A DNA stretch of 64,000 nt, taken from contig NC_043015.1 in NCBI RefSeq assembly GCF_006345805.1, positions 32,178,001 to 32,242,000 of the forward strand. The letters run 5' to 3'. The translations under genes were made by a program, and so were the position numbers. The notes beneath the pieces are model-generated. The model had not been told where the DNA came from and did no database searches. It worked only from the letters and a program-made list of their open reading frames with translations. Position 1 is the stretch's first letter. Each line of letters opens with the position of its first letter. Of this stretch, positions 1 to 12,993 are shown in pieces. Source of the DNA: Octopus sinensis. Lineage: Eukaryota.

Positions 1-711
1 TATCAACACCCAATATATATATAATCCCAAAAATTGAGTATGTTTTTCGACATAAAAGTTGGAAGTTTTAAGGAGAAGGACGGTAAATGTGGCTGCAGCA
101 TCGATTAAAGTATTGTATTAACGATGCTAAAATATCTGAGTGAAAGGAGAAGAGAAAAGAATTGTTGAGGAGCAAAAAATGTTTTCCAACCCAAAACTGT
201 AAACATACCTGAACCATCAGCCATGATTTACATCCAATGACGGCTTGGAAATCGACAGGGACGGTGATAGGCGAAATGTAGTGGCCTCTGTAAAAGAGTT
301 CCGGATCTCTCCTCAATACTGCGTACAACACTCTCTCTCTGTCTCAATCTGTCTGTCTCTGTCTCTGTCTCTCTCTCAATCTGTCTGTCTGTCTCTGTCT
401 CTGTCTCTCTCAATCTGTCTCTGTCTCTCTTCTGTCTGTCTCTCTGTCTCTCAATCTGTCTCTGTCTCTCTCTCTCTCTCTCAATCTGTCTCTGTCTCTC
501 TCTCTCTCTCTCAATCTCTCTGTCTGTCTGTCTGTCTCTGTCTCTCTCAATCTGTCTGTCTCTGTCTCTCTCTCTCTCTCAATCTGTCTGTCTGTCTCTG
601 TCTCTCTCTCTCTCTCTCTTAGGTTGTTAATAATGTTTTCGAGTATTCGAATAAAAATCAACGTACTTTATTCAGTGTGTGTGTGTGTGTACATATAAGC
701 ACTGCACGTCG

Positions 712-896
712 TTTCGTCTGCCGTTACGTTCCGAGTTCAAATTCCGCCGAGGTCGACTTTGCCTTTCATCCTTTCGGGGGTCGATTAATTAAGTACCAGT
801 TACGCACTGGGGAGATCGATGTAATCGACTTAATCCCTTTGTCTGTCCTTGTTTGTCTCCCCTCTGTGTTTAGCCCCTTGTGGGTAGTAAAGAAAT
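712..896 (+). mobile_element. 5'-truncated tRNA-derived SINE (family B) with 19-bp target-site duplication
   Basis: B-box GTTCAAATTCC; flanks atataagcact(g/a)cacgtcg at 693-711 and 897-915. Confidence 0.75.
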
Positions 897-2039
897 ATAT
901 AAGCACTACACGTCGCTAAAATTATGGTGACGAGGAAAATTTATCGGTATTACTGCGTAAATACCCATTTTCATAGCAAGTCTGTTTTACTTATAATTAC
1001 ACTCCAGTAACTTCCTTTTATAGTGCACTCTCCATGTCTTTCCACGCACGCATGTATGTGTCTGCGTGTGCGTGTGCATGCGCTCACATGTCAGGGGAGA
1101 TAACTAAAGGAGTTGGTGACAGGAAGGGCATTTGGTGGTAAAAACTCTGCATCAGAAAAAAACAGTGATTTACATACATACATAAATAAGAAGTCAGGAC
1201 GTACGTTTACTTTATCACTTGTTCTCTGTACTATGACGCCTGTTTCTGGTTGAAGCGTTGATGTAATCATGATGTTAATCTGAAATGCTAGCCTTCCATA
1301 TCTGCATTGATTAGTAAATGTACGATACCACTGTGCAAAGTGTAGCGTACATATTGGTGCAGAGGTAAAAAAAAAATTATTATAGGCACAAGTGTGGCGA
1401 TGTGATTAAGAAGTTTGGTTGCCAAACATTTGACCCTTGGTTCAGTCCCACTGCACATTGGATAAGTGTCTTCGTCTATAACCCCAGGCCATCCAAAGAA
1501 TTGCAAGTGGACTGCATTACTTATGGAATGACCCAATATGTGTGTGTGTGTGTTTGTCTTTCCACCACTACTTGACAACTGGTGTTGTATTTATGTCCTT
1601 GCAACTTAGCAGTTTGGTAAAAGAGATTGATAGCATAAGTACCAGGCTTTAAAAAAAAAAATACATGCTGGGATTGATTTGTTTCAACTACAGTTCTTCA
1701 AGGTGGTGCCCCAGCATGGCCACAGTCTACTGACCGAAACAAGTAAAAGATAAAAGATGTGTTTCTGCTGTATAGAGCATGTTGTTCATTTTAACTAACT
1801 ATGCAGTATAGTTGTTTAATTTTTAGATAAATTTGAAGATGTACCAGTCTCCATATTCTTTATAATTGTATTGTATGTGTGTGTGTATATATTTGTGTGA
1901 GTTCATGTCTCCTTGTCTTGGCACGGCCTGAGTGCAAGTGTTGTCTTCACTTCCCAATCTTCTGTAAAAACATATCCAGCCATGGGTAAAAAATTACTTG
2001 ACTTGACCTGGCAAGCCAAGTGAGACCACAACCTTGTGG

Positions 2040-2540
2040 CCTAAGCCAGGGGTGTAACCAGCCCTCTTATGCGTACCTTCCCTTCATTGGACACTGCTTA
2101 TGAAGACCTGTTGAGGCAAGTGAAATCGAAATCAAATTCGATGACTGGCATCCGTGCTAGTGGAGCACTAAGAGCATGATCGTTGCCAGAGCAGCTGACT
2201 GGCTTCCATGCTGGTGGCACGTAGAAAGCACCATTCAAGTGTGACCGTTACCAACGTTACCTTACTGGCACTTGTGCCGGTGTGCAGGTGACACGTAAAA
2301 AAAAGAAGAAAAAGAAAAACGATTTTTTGTGGCCGTTGCCAGTACCACCTGACTGGCCCTTGTGCTGGTGGCACGTAAAAAGCACCCACTACACTCTCAG
2401 AGTGGTTGGTGTTAGGAAGGGCATCCAGCTGTAGAAACTCTGCCTGATCAAGATTGGAGCCTGGTGCAGTCATCTGGTTCACCAGTCCTTAGTCAAAATC
2501 GTCCAGCATGGAAAGCGAACGTTAAACGATGATGATGATG
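2040..2540 (+). mobile_element. SINE-like repeat (family C) ending ...cgttaaacgatgatgatgat
   Basis: Multiple diverged copies in the window (7090-7375, 7700-7890, and inverted at 8765-8960 and 10260-10440); (GAT)n tail. Confidence 0.65.
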
Positions 2541-3327
2541 GAAAGAGGAGGAGGTCAGTAATAGTAAAGGCATCCAGCTGTAGAAAATTATTTTCTGCAA
2601 ATTCCATCTGACCCAGGCAAACATGGGGAAGTTGACATTAAAATGATGACGATATGCAATCTTTTTTTTTTTCCTTATTGGACTGCAGCCACAGGCTTTG
2701 ACGGTTTAATCTGTGGACATCTCTTTGTCACATCAATAGATTACTTGGCAATGGTTGTTAAAAGTAGTGTAAAGGTAAAACAAACACATGTACACACACA
2801 AACAGAGGAAACTGGTATGGCTTGAGTGCTGAATATATTGAAACAATTTTTGTGTAAAACTTAAATGACTTACCGTAAGTTTACATGTAGCACAAGGGTA
2901 TATATTCTTCTTGTAATGCAAGCGCATGTTTCAATTATTCCTACATTTCTATTTTGTGTGGAGTCTTTGGAATGGTGTATTATTACTACTTAGAACAAAA
3001 AGCAATTCTAATAGAAACTCATTCAATCTCTGCAGTAGACAACATTTTAAGTTCTGTTGTTTGGTGTTCAGATGAAAAAAGATGCCTGCTTGGCCCAGAA
3101 TGTCAGCATACATCATAGAGCTGACCATGAAAGTAACATGACCTTTTCAGTTCAACACCAACAACCTTGAGGGACTTTCCATGAAACTGGATATTCACAG
3201 AAAAATACAGAATCATTAGATGCTAAAGGCGCTTGACATGAAATGACATAATGGGATGATGGAATGTGTGGAACGAAAACATTCCCTTTAACACAACCAG
3301 TCTTGTGCCTCCCTCCAAGGGGCGGGG

Positions 3328-3545
3328 ACATTTGGTAAAGATGAGTGATGGGCAACTGCCCAAGCAGCTATTGTATGGTGAACTGGAAGATGGCAGGAGA
3401 CCAGTGCATAAGCCTAAACTACGGTTTAAGGATTGCCTTAAAAATGCTCTGATACAGACAGGAATTGCAGCTGGTAATTGAGAGAGGGAGGCACAAGACC
3501 GTGATGGATGGAGGAAGATAGTGCATGGTGGTTGTGCATATTGCT
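3328..3545 (+). mobile_element. RTE-clade LINE fragment, RT C-terminal region
   Basis: GHLVKMSDGQLPKQLLYGELEDGRRPVHKPKLRFKDCLK...EAQDRDGWRKIV, with an in-frame stop. Confidence 0.85.
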
Positions 3546-4509
3546 TACAGGTAAATCACTGTGCACAAGATTGAAAAACAGTTTAAAAAGCAAACCAAGC
3601 AGTCCTGCAACTTGTGAGCAAATTTACAACTGCTTGAGTTACTTAAACCTAAATTGTGGCAGAAGTTTGTCTATCAAAAATGGGTTTTCTATTCCACTAG
3701 CAGCACGAAGAAAACTATTCCTCCCGAATCTGATGTCACCAATTATTTTGATCATTACAGAAGAGAATTTTAGTTTAGCATGGAACCATCAGATAGTTGT
3801 TTTTGATAGACATTGTTGAGTGTCAGAGGTTACCTGAAGAATCTCAACTGAGAATGCAGTTGCTGTTTGTTTGTTTGTTTGTTGAGCGAAGCGGTCTTCA
3901 CCCCATTTGTCTGTAGTGGGAGAAGTCCAAAACATGGTCCTTTGCTATTCGTAAGACCCGCAGAAGAGAAAGCAGGTCAACCCCCGACACCATTGCCGGA
4001 TGGATGAATGTGCATCCAGGCTCAGCAGTTGCATAGGAAGTCAGGGACAAGAAACAGAGTGAGAGAAAGAGTACAACAGGGGTCGCCACCACCCCCTGCT
4101 GGAGCCTCGTAAAGCTTTAAGGTGTTTTCGCTCAAGAAATACACACAACGCCTGGTCTGGGAATTGAAACCGCGAGTCCGCTGCCCTAACCACTGGGCCA
4201 TTGTGCCTCTAGTTGCTGTTGCTGTTACCGTAACTGTTGTTGGAATTAGTTGATGAAGGCTGAAAATACTTCAGGTTCGTAATGGTGCTAGCAGCCCACA
4301 CTATTCAAGATTGTCAGCCATAGAACAGTATTTTCGACAGGATCAGTACTTGATTATATATGGTCAGGTTGCATTTTTTTGACTCTGGTTGTACTTGATA
4401 TAGTATGTCTTAAGCTCATCCTCCTTATCAAGGTTTTAGTATTGCCAGTTTAGTCACTGAAGATCTGATCATGCAACATGTACTGGTTTTTACATTACCA
4501 ATAGTGCTC

Positions 4510-4770
4510 TTGTGGAGGCACATGGCCTAGTAGTTAGAGCAGTAGATTCATGGTCGAGGGTTCAAATCTCAGATCAGGCGATGTGTGTGTTTATGAGTAA
4601 AACACCTAAGCTCCACGCAGATGGTAATGGCAAACTCCTGACTCTTTCACCACAACTTTCCTCCAGCATCTTGCAGTTCACCTGCGATGGACCAGCGTCC
4701 CGTCCAGGTAGGGAACCTATATGCTAAAGAAACTGGCCCTTATGAGCCAGGCATGGCTCGAGAAGGAACA
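4510..4770 (+). mobile_element. tRNA-derived SINE (family D)
   Basis: A-box-like tggcctagtagtt, B-box-like gggttcaaatc; inverted copies at 11375-11620, 22622-22860 and 44873-45140. Confidence 0.65.
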
Positions 4771-6111
4771 AACAGTGCTCTTAGATTTCTTCACATAAGC
4801 TGTACAGGTTTTCTTGTTATCTCATTGTTGATAAAACAAATGGTACATGTACATTTTTCAATGTTGTATGCATAAACACAGATATGGATGTGGAATTCCG
4901 ACAGCCAATATTGTGTTTGCAGAATACTGGAAATGAATAACATACATTTTCAACAATCATGCAATGTCACAAGATACAAACACATGCATGTATGGAACAG
5001 GTGGCTTTCAGTTTCTGCCTACCAAATCTATTCACAAAGCTTGGTCAGCCAGGAGCCGTAGTGGAATACACTTAGCAAAGGTGCTTGTCTGCTGTGGGAC
5101 CAAATCAAAGACCACATGGTTGGGAAGCAAACTTCTCAACCAAACAAGGAAAAAAAACCCACTTAATCCCTGGCCAAACCTGTGCCTTGGAGAGGAATAT
5201 TTCAGGTGCTGATAACCAGATAATCTAAAACTGATGGCAATGGTGATTGTTTCCCTACAAAATGGCCATATATCTCCACTTGGCTTTCACAGATTGAATG
5301 TGAAGCCTGCATAAAAATATATACTGCAGGGTTTGAACTAATAACACTGGTTAACAAAAATGTATTATACTCATTATGAATGCAAACCAACTTTTATAGA
5401 CTAATTTTTCAAGCTGATTTCAAAACTTCACTCCATTTGTATGCAGCACACATCAGGTTATCAATAGATAAATGCAAATATTTACATATTTGTATATATG
5501 AAAACATTAACGTATCAAGAGAAGGTGATGGAGGTTTCAGGTAGGAATATAAGAAGAGGAAATGGAAGGCAAAGAAAAAGGATAAGTGGAGGAAGTGGAT
5601 GTGAAGGAGAGGCAGATGGAAAATAGGAGTAATGGAAGTTGAGGAGGAAAGAATTGGAAGATGAAAACAAAATCAGAGACAGACCACCGTTTCCCTCTCA
5701 CACTTTTTACTCTTCATATCCTTAGTTTTTCCCAGGCAGTGCCTGCCCAGATATTCACAGAGTAGTGCCTCCTACTCCTCAGAAGATAATATCCAGATCT
5801 CTTGTTCTCGTTTCCTTTCTCTTCCCTTCTTCCTTCATCCACATTCTCAAACAAACACCAGCTCCGCTTCCCACCAGATTATAGGGAAACATTTTGGCCC
5901 TTCCTCACTCTACTAATGATGAGAAAATAAGCACCACGTAAACTCTTCTCCCTTGAACATGTTCAAAACATTTAAAGCCATCATAATTTCATTAACCAAG
6001 ATGTTTGTATCCCCACCCCCACCTCACCTATGAAAAAAAAGTAATAAAGAACAAAAACAAGTGCCCAAACAAAAAAGTAAAAACACAATTTACTGGTGTA
6101 TATATATATAT

Positions 6112-6117
6112 TTTAAT
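6112..6117 (-). terminator. Probable CCT2 polyadenylation signal (ATTAAA)
   Basis: About 207 nt after the stop, followed on the minus strand by a TG/T-rich tract (ttgtgtttttactttttttgttt). Confidence 0.5.
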
Positions 6118-6323
6118 GGTATGAAAAGCAGAGAACATGACTGTAGCTTGGATCATGACACTTGAAGTCTGTTGTTCTCAATGAGCCGAGGATGTGACCG
6201 ACTGGATGGCAGAGTTAAAGACAGAAGCAAAAACAATGAACACAAAATAAGCTTGCTGGTGGTGGTAATAATAATTATAGTAGTAGTAGTAGTAAATAAT
6301 TGGAAACAGTCTGATTTAACGAC

Positions 6324-6496
6324 TTAATGAGGGCGCATATCTGGCTGTCGTTTCCTTGGGGCAGCCTTCACGATATCATCAACTCGCAGAATCATTTCGG
6401 CAGCTTCTGATGCGCTGGTCAACACCTGGCGTTTCACCTTCAGTGATTCAGTCACTCCAAGAACTGAGATATCTGCTATTATACCATTGGTCATGT
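6324..6496 (-). CDS. CCT2: CCT2 exon 16, last coding exon ([57 protein letters not shown])
   Basis: cag acceptor, TAA at 6326-6324. Summed exons give 1614 nt including the ATG exon, i.e. 537 aa. Confidence 0.98.
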
Positions 6497-8090
6497 CTGT
6501 CAAAAGAAATTGAAATAAAAAAGCAGGAGAGTTAACAACCGTTTTGTTTTTAGCTTTGATGAAACACATTTAGCAGGTAGCAATGCAAGTGCAGACACAA
6601 CAGAAAAACCAATACTGGCAGGAAATTGTACTAGTAATTACTTTCAGAGGTTTTCAACAAAAATCCCTTATTTTCTATATTAAAACGAAGCTTATAAAAG
6701 TACAGATAGTCAATATAATGTTGGCCTGCTGACTGAAGTGTCAATATCAATTGGTTGGGGGTCACATAGATCATAGTTATTCGTTCAGTAGCTTCCAGCA
6801 TGTGATTGGCTAGCAGAATAGATAAATTAGTAATCAATCAATCAATGATATTCCATTCTTCCATTACAAAACTGGAACAATTTTGAAAACATAATGGGTA
6901 CTTTACGACTCTGATCTTAGAAGTAATGTATGTTATATATAGCATGTTGGAAAAAGACAATCAATAAAGTTCAAAAGAATGGATAATGGCAGATCGATTC
7001 ATGTCGTCAATGAAAATGTTTCATTACTGAAAATACATGCAGTGCAGATTGAATGCCATCGTCCATTCTTTTAACTTTATTATATCAACAATGGCACTTT
7101 GTTATATTCAGCATGTAAAAAGCACCATCTGAACGTGGCTGATACCAAAGCACCAACCGATCATGGCCGTTTGCCAGCCTCCTCTGGACCCGTACTGGTG
7201 GCACGTAAAAAGCACCCACTACACACACAGGGTGGTTGGCGTTAGGAAGGGCATCCAGCTGTAGAAACACTGCAAGATCAGACTGGAGCCTGGTGCTGCC
7301 TCCTGGCTTCCCAGACCCTGGTCAAACCATCCAACCCATGCTTGCACGGAAAACGGACGTTAAACGATGATGATGAAGACACCAAACTAGAAGAACCATA
7401 GAAAGGGTACATTGATGTTTTACTTTAGCTTGTTTACTAGCGAGGAGTTTGAATACTCTGAAGAGCTCCAATAAACAGACAGACATACCTAAGATTGTTG
7501 CTGTTTAGCTGAGCTCTGTGGGCCAATGGTCCAAGGCACTCTAGCTATGACCACCCAGCTTTTGTATTTCTAGGACTACATTATCCATTATGCAATTCCA
7601 TAAGACAGTAGAGTGTGGTTTGAGGGAGATAATGGCTACTATTTCAAGCAGGTTGAACAATTTCTGGAAGGCTTCTTTACCAGCCCTGTTGTTTACATGT
7701 ACACCCACCACACTCTGTAAAGTGGTTGCGCTAGGAATAGCATCCAACCACAGAAACTATTCCAAAACTGCAATGTCCGAGCAAGACATGGTTCTTCAAC
7801 CTGTCTAAGTGGGCAGTTAAGCTGAATAAGAACAGACTCAACCCGGAAGAGATGTCCAACCCATGCCAGCATGGAAAGGTGAATGTTAACCATAATTTAT
7901 AGTAGTACTTGAAATGAAGCCATGTTCCCCTTAAATCATGCCCTGACTTACAAGATGTTCACAGCTGGAGTACTGTTGATAGGGATCAGGGCTAATCTGG
8001 GGCTACAGACTATAATAAAGATATAATGAATATAAGGAAGCAGGAAAGAAGGAGGGAGAAAATGACAAGTTGACATGTTGTGAGACTTAC

Positions 8091-8190
8091 CAAGACCATA
8101 AGTAACTTTGCCTTCTGTGTGTGCAGCACGGAGCTGTGTGACAAGTTCAGAGCTATCATAGCCACCGTTATCAGCTATTATTGTAGGGAT
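8091..8190 (-). CDS. CCT2: CCT2 exon 15 ([33 protein letters not shown])
   Basis: cag/gtaagt, 100 nt; IADNxGYD motif. Confidence 0.98.
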
Positions 8191-8316
8191 CTGAAATTCA
8201 AAGAGTGGAGAAAAAATAAAAAAATATTAAAAGGCCACATTAAAACACAAAAATAAATTCAGCAAAAACTAGAACTGCAAAAAGAATAAAAGAAAGTGTT
8301 TACAAAAATATCTTAC

Positions 8317-8420
8317 CATTCTTAAAGATTTAGCAAATGCTTCCATAGCAACAGCCTCTTTGCCTGGAGTCTTGGCAGCAAGATTACTAACAGCTTCTGC
8401 CATCAGCATTTCACTACAAC
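8317..8420 (-). CDS. CCT2: CCT2 exon 14 ([35 protein letters not shown])
   Basis: cag/gtaag, 104 nt. Confidence 0.98.
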
Positions 8421-9728
8421 CTGAAATATATGAAACAGCTAATTAAAGAATTTGTAAAATGTGACTTTTGTGTTTTTTTTTGTCTTTCAAATCCTGCAAA
8501 GAAGGACTTACTTTTCATCTTTTTGGGACTGATAAATACCAGTAATGTATTGAGAATTAATTAATCATTTATCATTTACTTTCTCTTGCTTGCAATAGAT
8601 CAGACAATTTTGTGGAGGTAGATTTTCCATAGCCAATCCTCACTTGTTTTCAAGCAATGTAATATTTTCCCATGTGCTAGGCATGTTTCGAATGGAAAAT
8701 TGGGAAATGAACAGACTTGCTCATTTACAAACATCACATGATGTCCAGACAAGAGTACACACAAACACATCATCATTTAACATCTGCTTTCCATACTGGT
8801 ATAAGTTGGTTGGCTAGACCAGGTTCCATAGACTGCTTTGGCCTGGTTACTACAGCTGGATGCCTTTCCCAACACCAACCACTCCACAGTGTACTGGGTA
8901 CCTTTTATGTGGCACCATCACAGGTGCTTTTCAACTGGCACCAGCACTTTTTATGTGGCACCTTGGTTTTAGGATCTCAATTCTGCTGCGATATCGGCTT
9001 CTTTCAGTTTCCGTCTACTAAATCCACTCACAAGGCTTTGGTTGGCCCAAGGCTACAATAGAAGACACTTGCCCAAGACCACATGGTTGCAAAGCACGCT
9101 CCTCAGCCACACAGCTATGCTTCCACCTCTATCATCCTTACATGTGTACAGTTCTGTGTCAAAGATAACCAACATTTTACATGCTTTCTGTTGGCTTAAT
9201 GTCCATTTTTCCATGTCAGCAGGAGATTGAAAGGGAGTTGAGGCAAGATTTTACAGCTGGTTATTCTTCCTATTACCAGCTAATACCTATTCCTAACATA
9301 GGGTTTTTATTTTTTAAATTCCAAGAATCTTTGAAAGCTGAGAACAAATGGTTTGTAACATCAACTAAGAATGCAAACATTTCACTTGGTGCTAACAAGT
9401 GAATCCATGGAAGAACCACATGGTTGTGGAGCAAACTTGTTAAAATCACACAACCTGCTACTGTCTATAGAAGATAAACTCAACTCCAATTGCAAACACA
9501 CAATACTTCTTGGTTGCATCCTGTCTGTCTTGTCTATCACTACTAAAACACTATTTGTTCTCCTGAACTCACTGATTGTATACAATATACTAATTATTAC
9601 CCTTCGGTTATGATCAGAAAAGTGAAACCAGTTTAGAAAATTAAAGAAAGTACATGGAATAAAACATTTATGCATTAATTCATTACACGAGTCTGTGTGT
9701 TACTTCATAAAGTACCAAATCGACAAAC

Positions 9729-9869
9729 CTGCGCCATGAACAGTCTTTGTTTCCTTGACTGTCTGCGAGAGTACACAGAGGGAATCGTGGAGAGACCTTT
9801 CTGCTTCATCTAAGATCTGTTGAGTAGCACCACGCAGAACAACACTACACGCTTCACCGAGAGCCACAC
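9729..9869 (-). CDS. CCT2: CCT2 exon 13 ([48 protein letters not shown])
   Basis: cag/gtttgt, 141 nt; ERSLHD catalytic motif. Confidence 0.98.
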
Positions 9870-10086
9870 CTGAAACAAAACGAAGCATACTAAACATTAA
9901 TTCAGGACAACAAATAACAAAGCACTCTGTATGTCTGTTGAACAGAATTGTTACTCACTTCCCTAAACGATGAGTTACAATAGTTGCTGGTAATTTACCT
10001 CCCCATTTTGAACATTCAATTTGCTGATGAAATGCCTTTGGTGTTCTCAGTAAGAGAAACACCTTCAAGTATAGCCGTTCCTTAGC

Positions 10087-10200
10087 AAATGTATAGTAAA
10101 TGGGGGCACACTTTCCAGGCCCACCTCACAGAAATATTTGCAGCTATAATTACTCTCACAGACAAATTCACAAAGCCAAATGTGGTTGCCTGAGCTGCAA
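10087..10200 (-). ncRNA. Candidate intronic box H/ACA snoRNA (CCT2 intron 12)
   Basis: Two hand-folded hairpins, H box AGAGTA (10156-10151), and lower stem atag/ctat directly before ACA+3 nt (10092-10090). Non-repetitive sequence on the host strand. Confidence 0.35.
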
Positions 10201-10705
10201 GAACAAGAGCAAATTTTCTTAAACCAAACCCTACTACCTTAAAAAGAGAAAGGTAGATTGAATCATCATTGTTTAACATTTGTTTTCCATGCTGGCATGG
10301 GTTAGATGGTTTGACCTGAGGTGGTAAGGCAGAGAACTGCACCAGCTCCAGCCTGTTTTGGCTTGGTTTCTGTGGCTGGATGCCCTTCCTAAAACCCACC
10401 ACTTTACAGAGTGTACTGGGTGTCTTTTATGTCACCAGCACCTAAATATATTACATATGGAGAGAGAGAAAAAAAGCCTTAATAACAGCTTTGATTATAC
10501 ATTTATTTGATCAGGGCTGACAGGGCAAAAACAACAAATTCACTGCAGTTTCTTCTTCTATTAAGATAGAAAACTTCAAAAACTCCCAAAGATTAAACCC
10601 AAATAATCAAATCAAAGATATTCTCAATTTTTAGTTGCCAATCATTGATAAATCTACAGAGAAATTACTAAAAAAAATTTATACTAAATATTCAACACAA
10701 ATTAC

Positions 10706-10813
10706 CTGAGAATTTGATCAACCTATCTTCTCCAATCATAACTTCTTCTATAAGGTCACAGTGACCAAGTTTGACACAATCTGGAGCATCAAAGGTTGAC
10801 ACAATCTCTGCAC
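10706..10813 (-). CDS. CCT2: CCT2 exon 12 ([37 protein letters not shown])
   Basis: cag/gtaatt, 108 nt. Confidence 0.98.
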
Positions 10814-11766
10814 CTGGAACAAGAATTTACCATTTGTAATGCTTACAAAAGTCTGTTTAATTAAAGAGAGGAAGTAATTGAACTGTGGTTTATTAGATAA
10901 GTAACATAGTGCTTTTCAATTAGGGATTTCCACATCTCTATGAGTCTGCCCCTGCCCAAGAAATTCAAGAAAGAAAAATGGGACAAACACTGTCATGGAA
11001 AAATATCTGGAACATGTAAAAACAAAAAATGCATGTCTGGAATGGACAGTTATACAGGGAAAATCAGAAGAAATTTGCTGCGTGTGTTGCAGAAAATATC
11101 TTAAATGGATATCAATATTAGCAAAAGAAACACTCAACGACTGCTGAATGCACCAAAGAGGGAAGTGTAGCAATGATATCCAGTGAATAGGTGGTTAGAA
11201 TCAGTAGAGCACTAGATAAAATTACTTTGCAATAATTGACTATTTTCCACCATGTTCCAAGTTTGATTCATGCCCAGAACTTACTGTGTCTCAGGTTGAA
11301 GTCACTGAAATGTGTGTGTGTGTATATATTTGGATCAAAATATTTAACTAGAAGCTAGTGTCTCAACATGACAATTAACAAGTCCCTTAACCCCTTAGGG
11401 GGGTTGTTGGAGCAGTGCAGCCATGCAGCGTATCTAGGGTGAGCAAGCCCAGCAAAGCCCAACCATCTCCAAGATAAACTCACTTCAACAGCTGAGTAGA
11501 CTGGAGTGATGTGAAATGAAGTGTTTTGCTCAAGAACACAGTGGATCGTCTGGTCCAGGGATCGAAACCACAATCTTACAGTCGTGAATCCAACACCCTA
11601 CCCACTAAGCCACGCACCTCTGTCTCAAACATTATAGAAGCATAATCACTGGCTGCTATACAATAGAGGCAATTGATGCTGTCAGTAGAAGTCCCAATTA
11701 AAACCTGCTCTGGTTGAGTGAGACGGAGAACATTGTGCTGCTAACAGGATAAAAACAAATAACTAC

Positions 11767-11870
11767 CTGTAACGAGAGCCAAGCGCTCAACACCTTCGAA
11801 GTCTGCATGTTCAATGGCCATGACACCAGCATCAGAGAAAAGTTGTTCAGGGTAGTTGTAGATAAGTTGT
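11767..11870 (-). CDS. CCT2: CCT2 exon 11 ([36 protein letters not shown])
   Basis: cag/gtagtt, 104 nt. Confidence 0.98.
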
Positions 11871-12865
11871 CTGGAATATAACATGAGAGTCGTGATGATA
11901 GTGTAGTGATGACATGGTACAGAGAGAGGAAGGATGTATACAGATTACACACAATACAACAGACATTAACATAAAGACACAAGTACACTAACATACTGAA
12001 GAACAGAAAACAGAACCTCTCATTGGACCTATCAATAATGGAACTACACCTTCACTATACACACACACACACACAGCGGTTTGGTAGTACAAACAAAAGA
12101 GGTAGAACTCAAACACGAGTATATATGAATTCCTTTTAATGGTGAAACTTGAAGTAGATAAAGCTTTAAAACATATTGGGTTAAAAAAAACATTTGGATA
12201 GAAAAAGTCAAGGACTGCCTGTGAGACACAGACCTACATCTGGTAGACCGCTTGTCATGTTTTCAGAAGATGTGGGTTAAATTCCCTTGGGAAGCCTTTG
12301 AATTTTTGTATCAAAGACTTATTTTATAAAACCCAATATATTATTTATGGCTTCATCTACCTCGAGTTCCACGGTTAAAAACGATTTCATTTCTTGCCTG
12401 GAAGTTAGTAAATTTGTATGACGTAAATAACATTTTATTTTCATTTTTAATTGACAAAAGCCATGTACAAGACTTTTTGACCTTTGAGTTACTTTGTAAC
12501 CTTTGCTAATAAAAATGCACACACAAACATAGAATGACCAACTGAGTTGTTTAAAACCTTACAGCAATTATAACTCACCTCTTGAAAGAAATCTGTTACA
12601 TTTAATATCTTATTTCTGACTTGTTTCAATCACTAGACTGTGGCCATGCTGGAGCACCACCTTGAAGAAGTTTTAGTCGAATGAATCGACCCCAGTACTT
12701 AATTTTGTTAAGCCTGGTACTTATTCTATCAGTGTCTTTTGCTGAACGGCTAAGTTACAGGGATGTAAAACACACCAATACTAGTTGTGGTGGTAGGGAT
12801 AGACACAAAGACACACACAATAGGCTTCTTGCATATATTTTATACACAGAAACACTGCAACCCAC

Positions 12866-12993
12866 CTGTTAATGAAGACATTACAGCCATGTTTCAATAT
12901 TTTATTCACTTTATCCTTCATCTTCTCTCTTTCTGCTACTTCCAGTTCGGCAACTTTGGAAATGGCATCAACTTTCACTCGGGAACCAAACAC
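12866..12993 (-). CDS. CCT2: CCT2 exon 10 ([43 protein letters not shown])
   Basis: tag/gtgggt, 128 nt; apical-domain helical protrusion. Confidence 0.98.

Noticed and set aside
9350-9470. H/ACA-like double hairpin in intron 13
   Set aside because: Largely a decayed SINE fragment; the best ACA spacing is on the wrong strand.
10025-10062. Hammerhead from CTGATGA...GAAA on the plus strand
   Set aside because: The bases flanking the core do not close a stem II, and there is no stem I or III.
10930-11190. Retroelement peptide remnant in intron 11 (plus strand)
   Set aside because: Only a faint resemblance (MH..GQLYRE), with stops in all frames.
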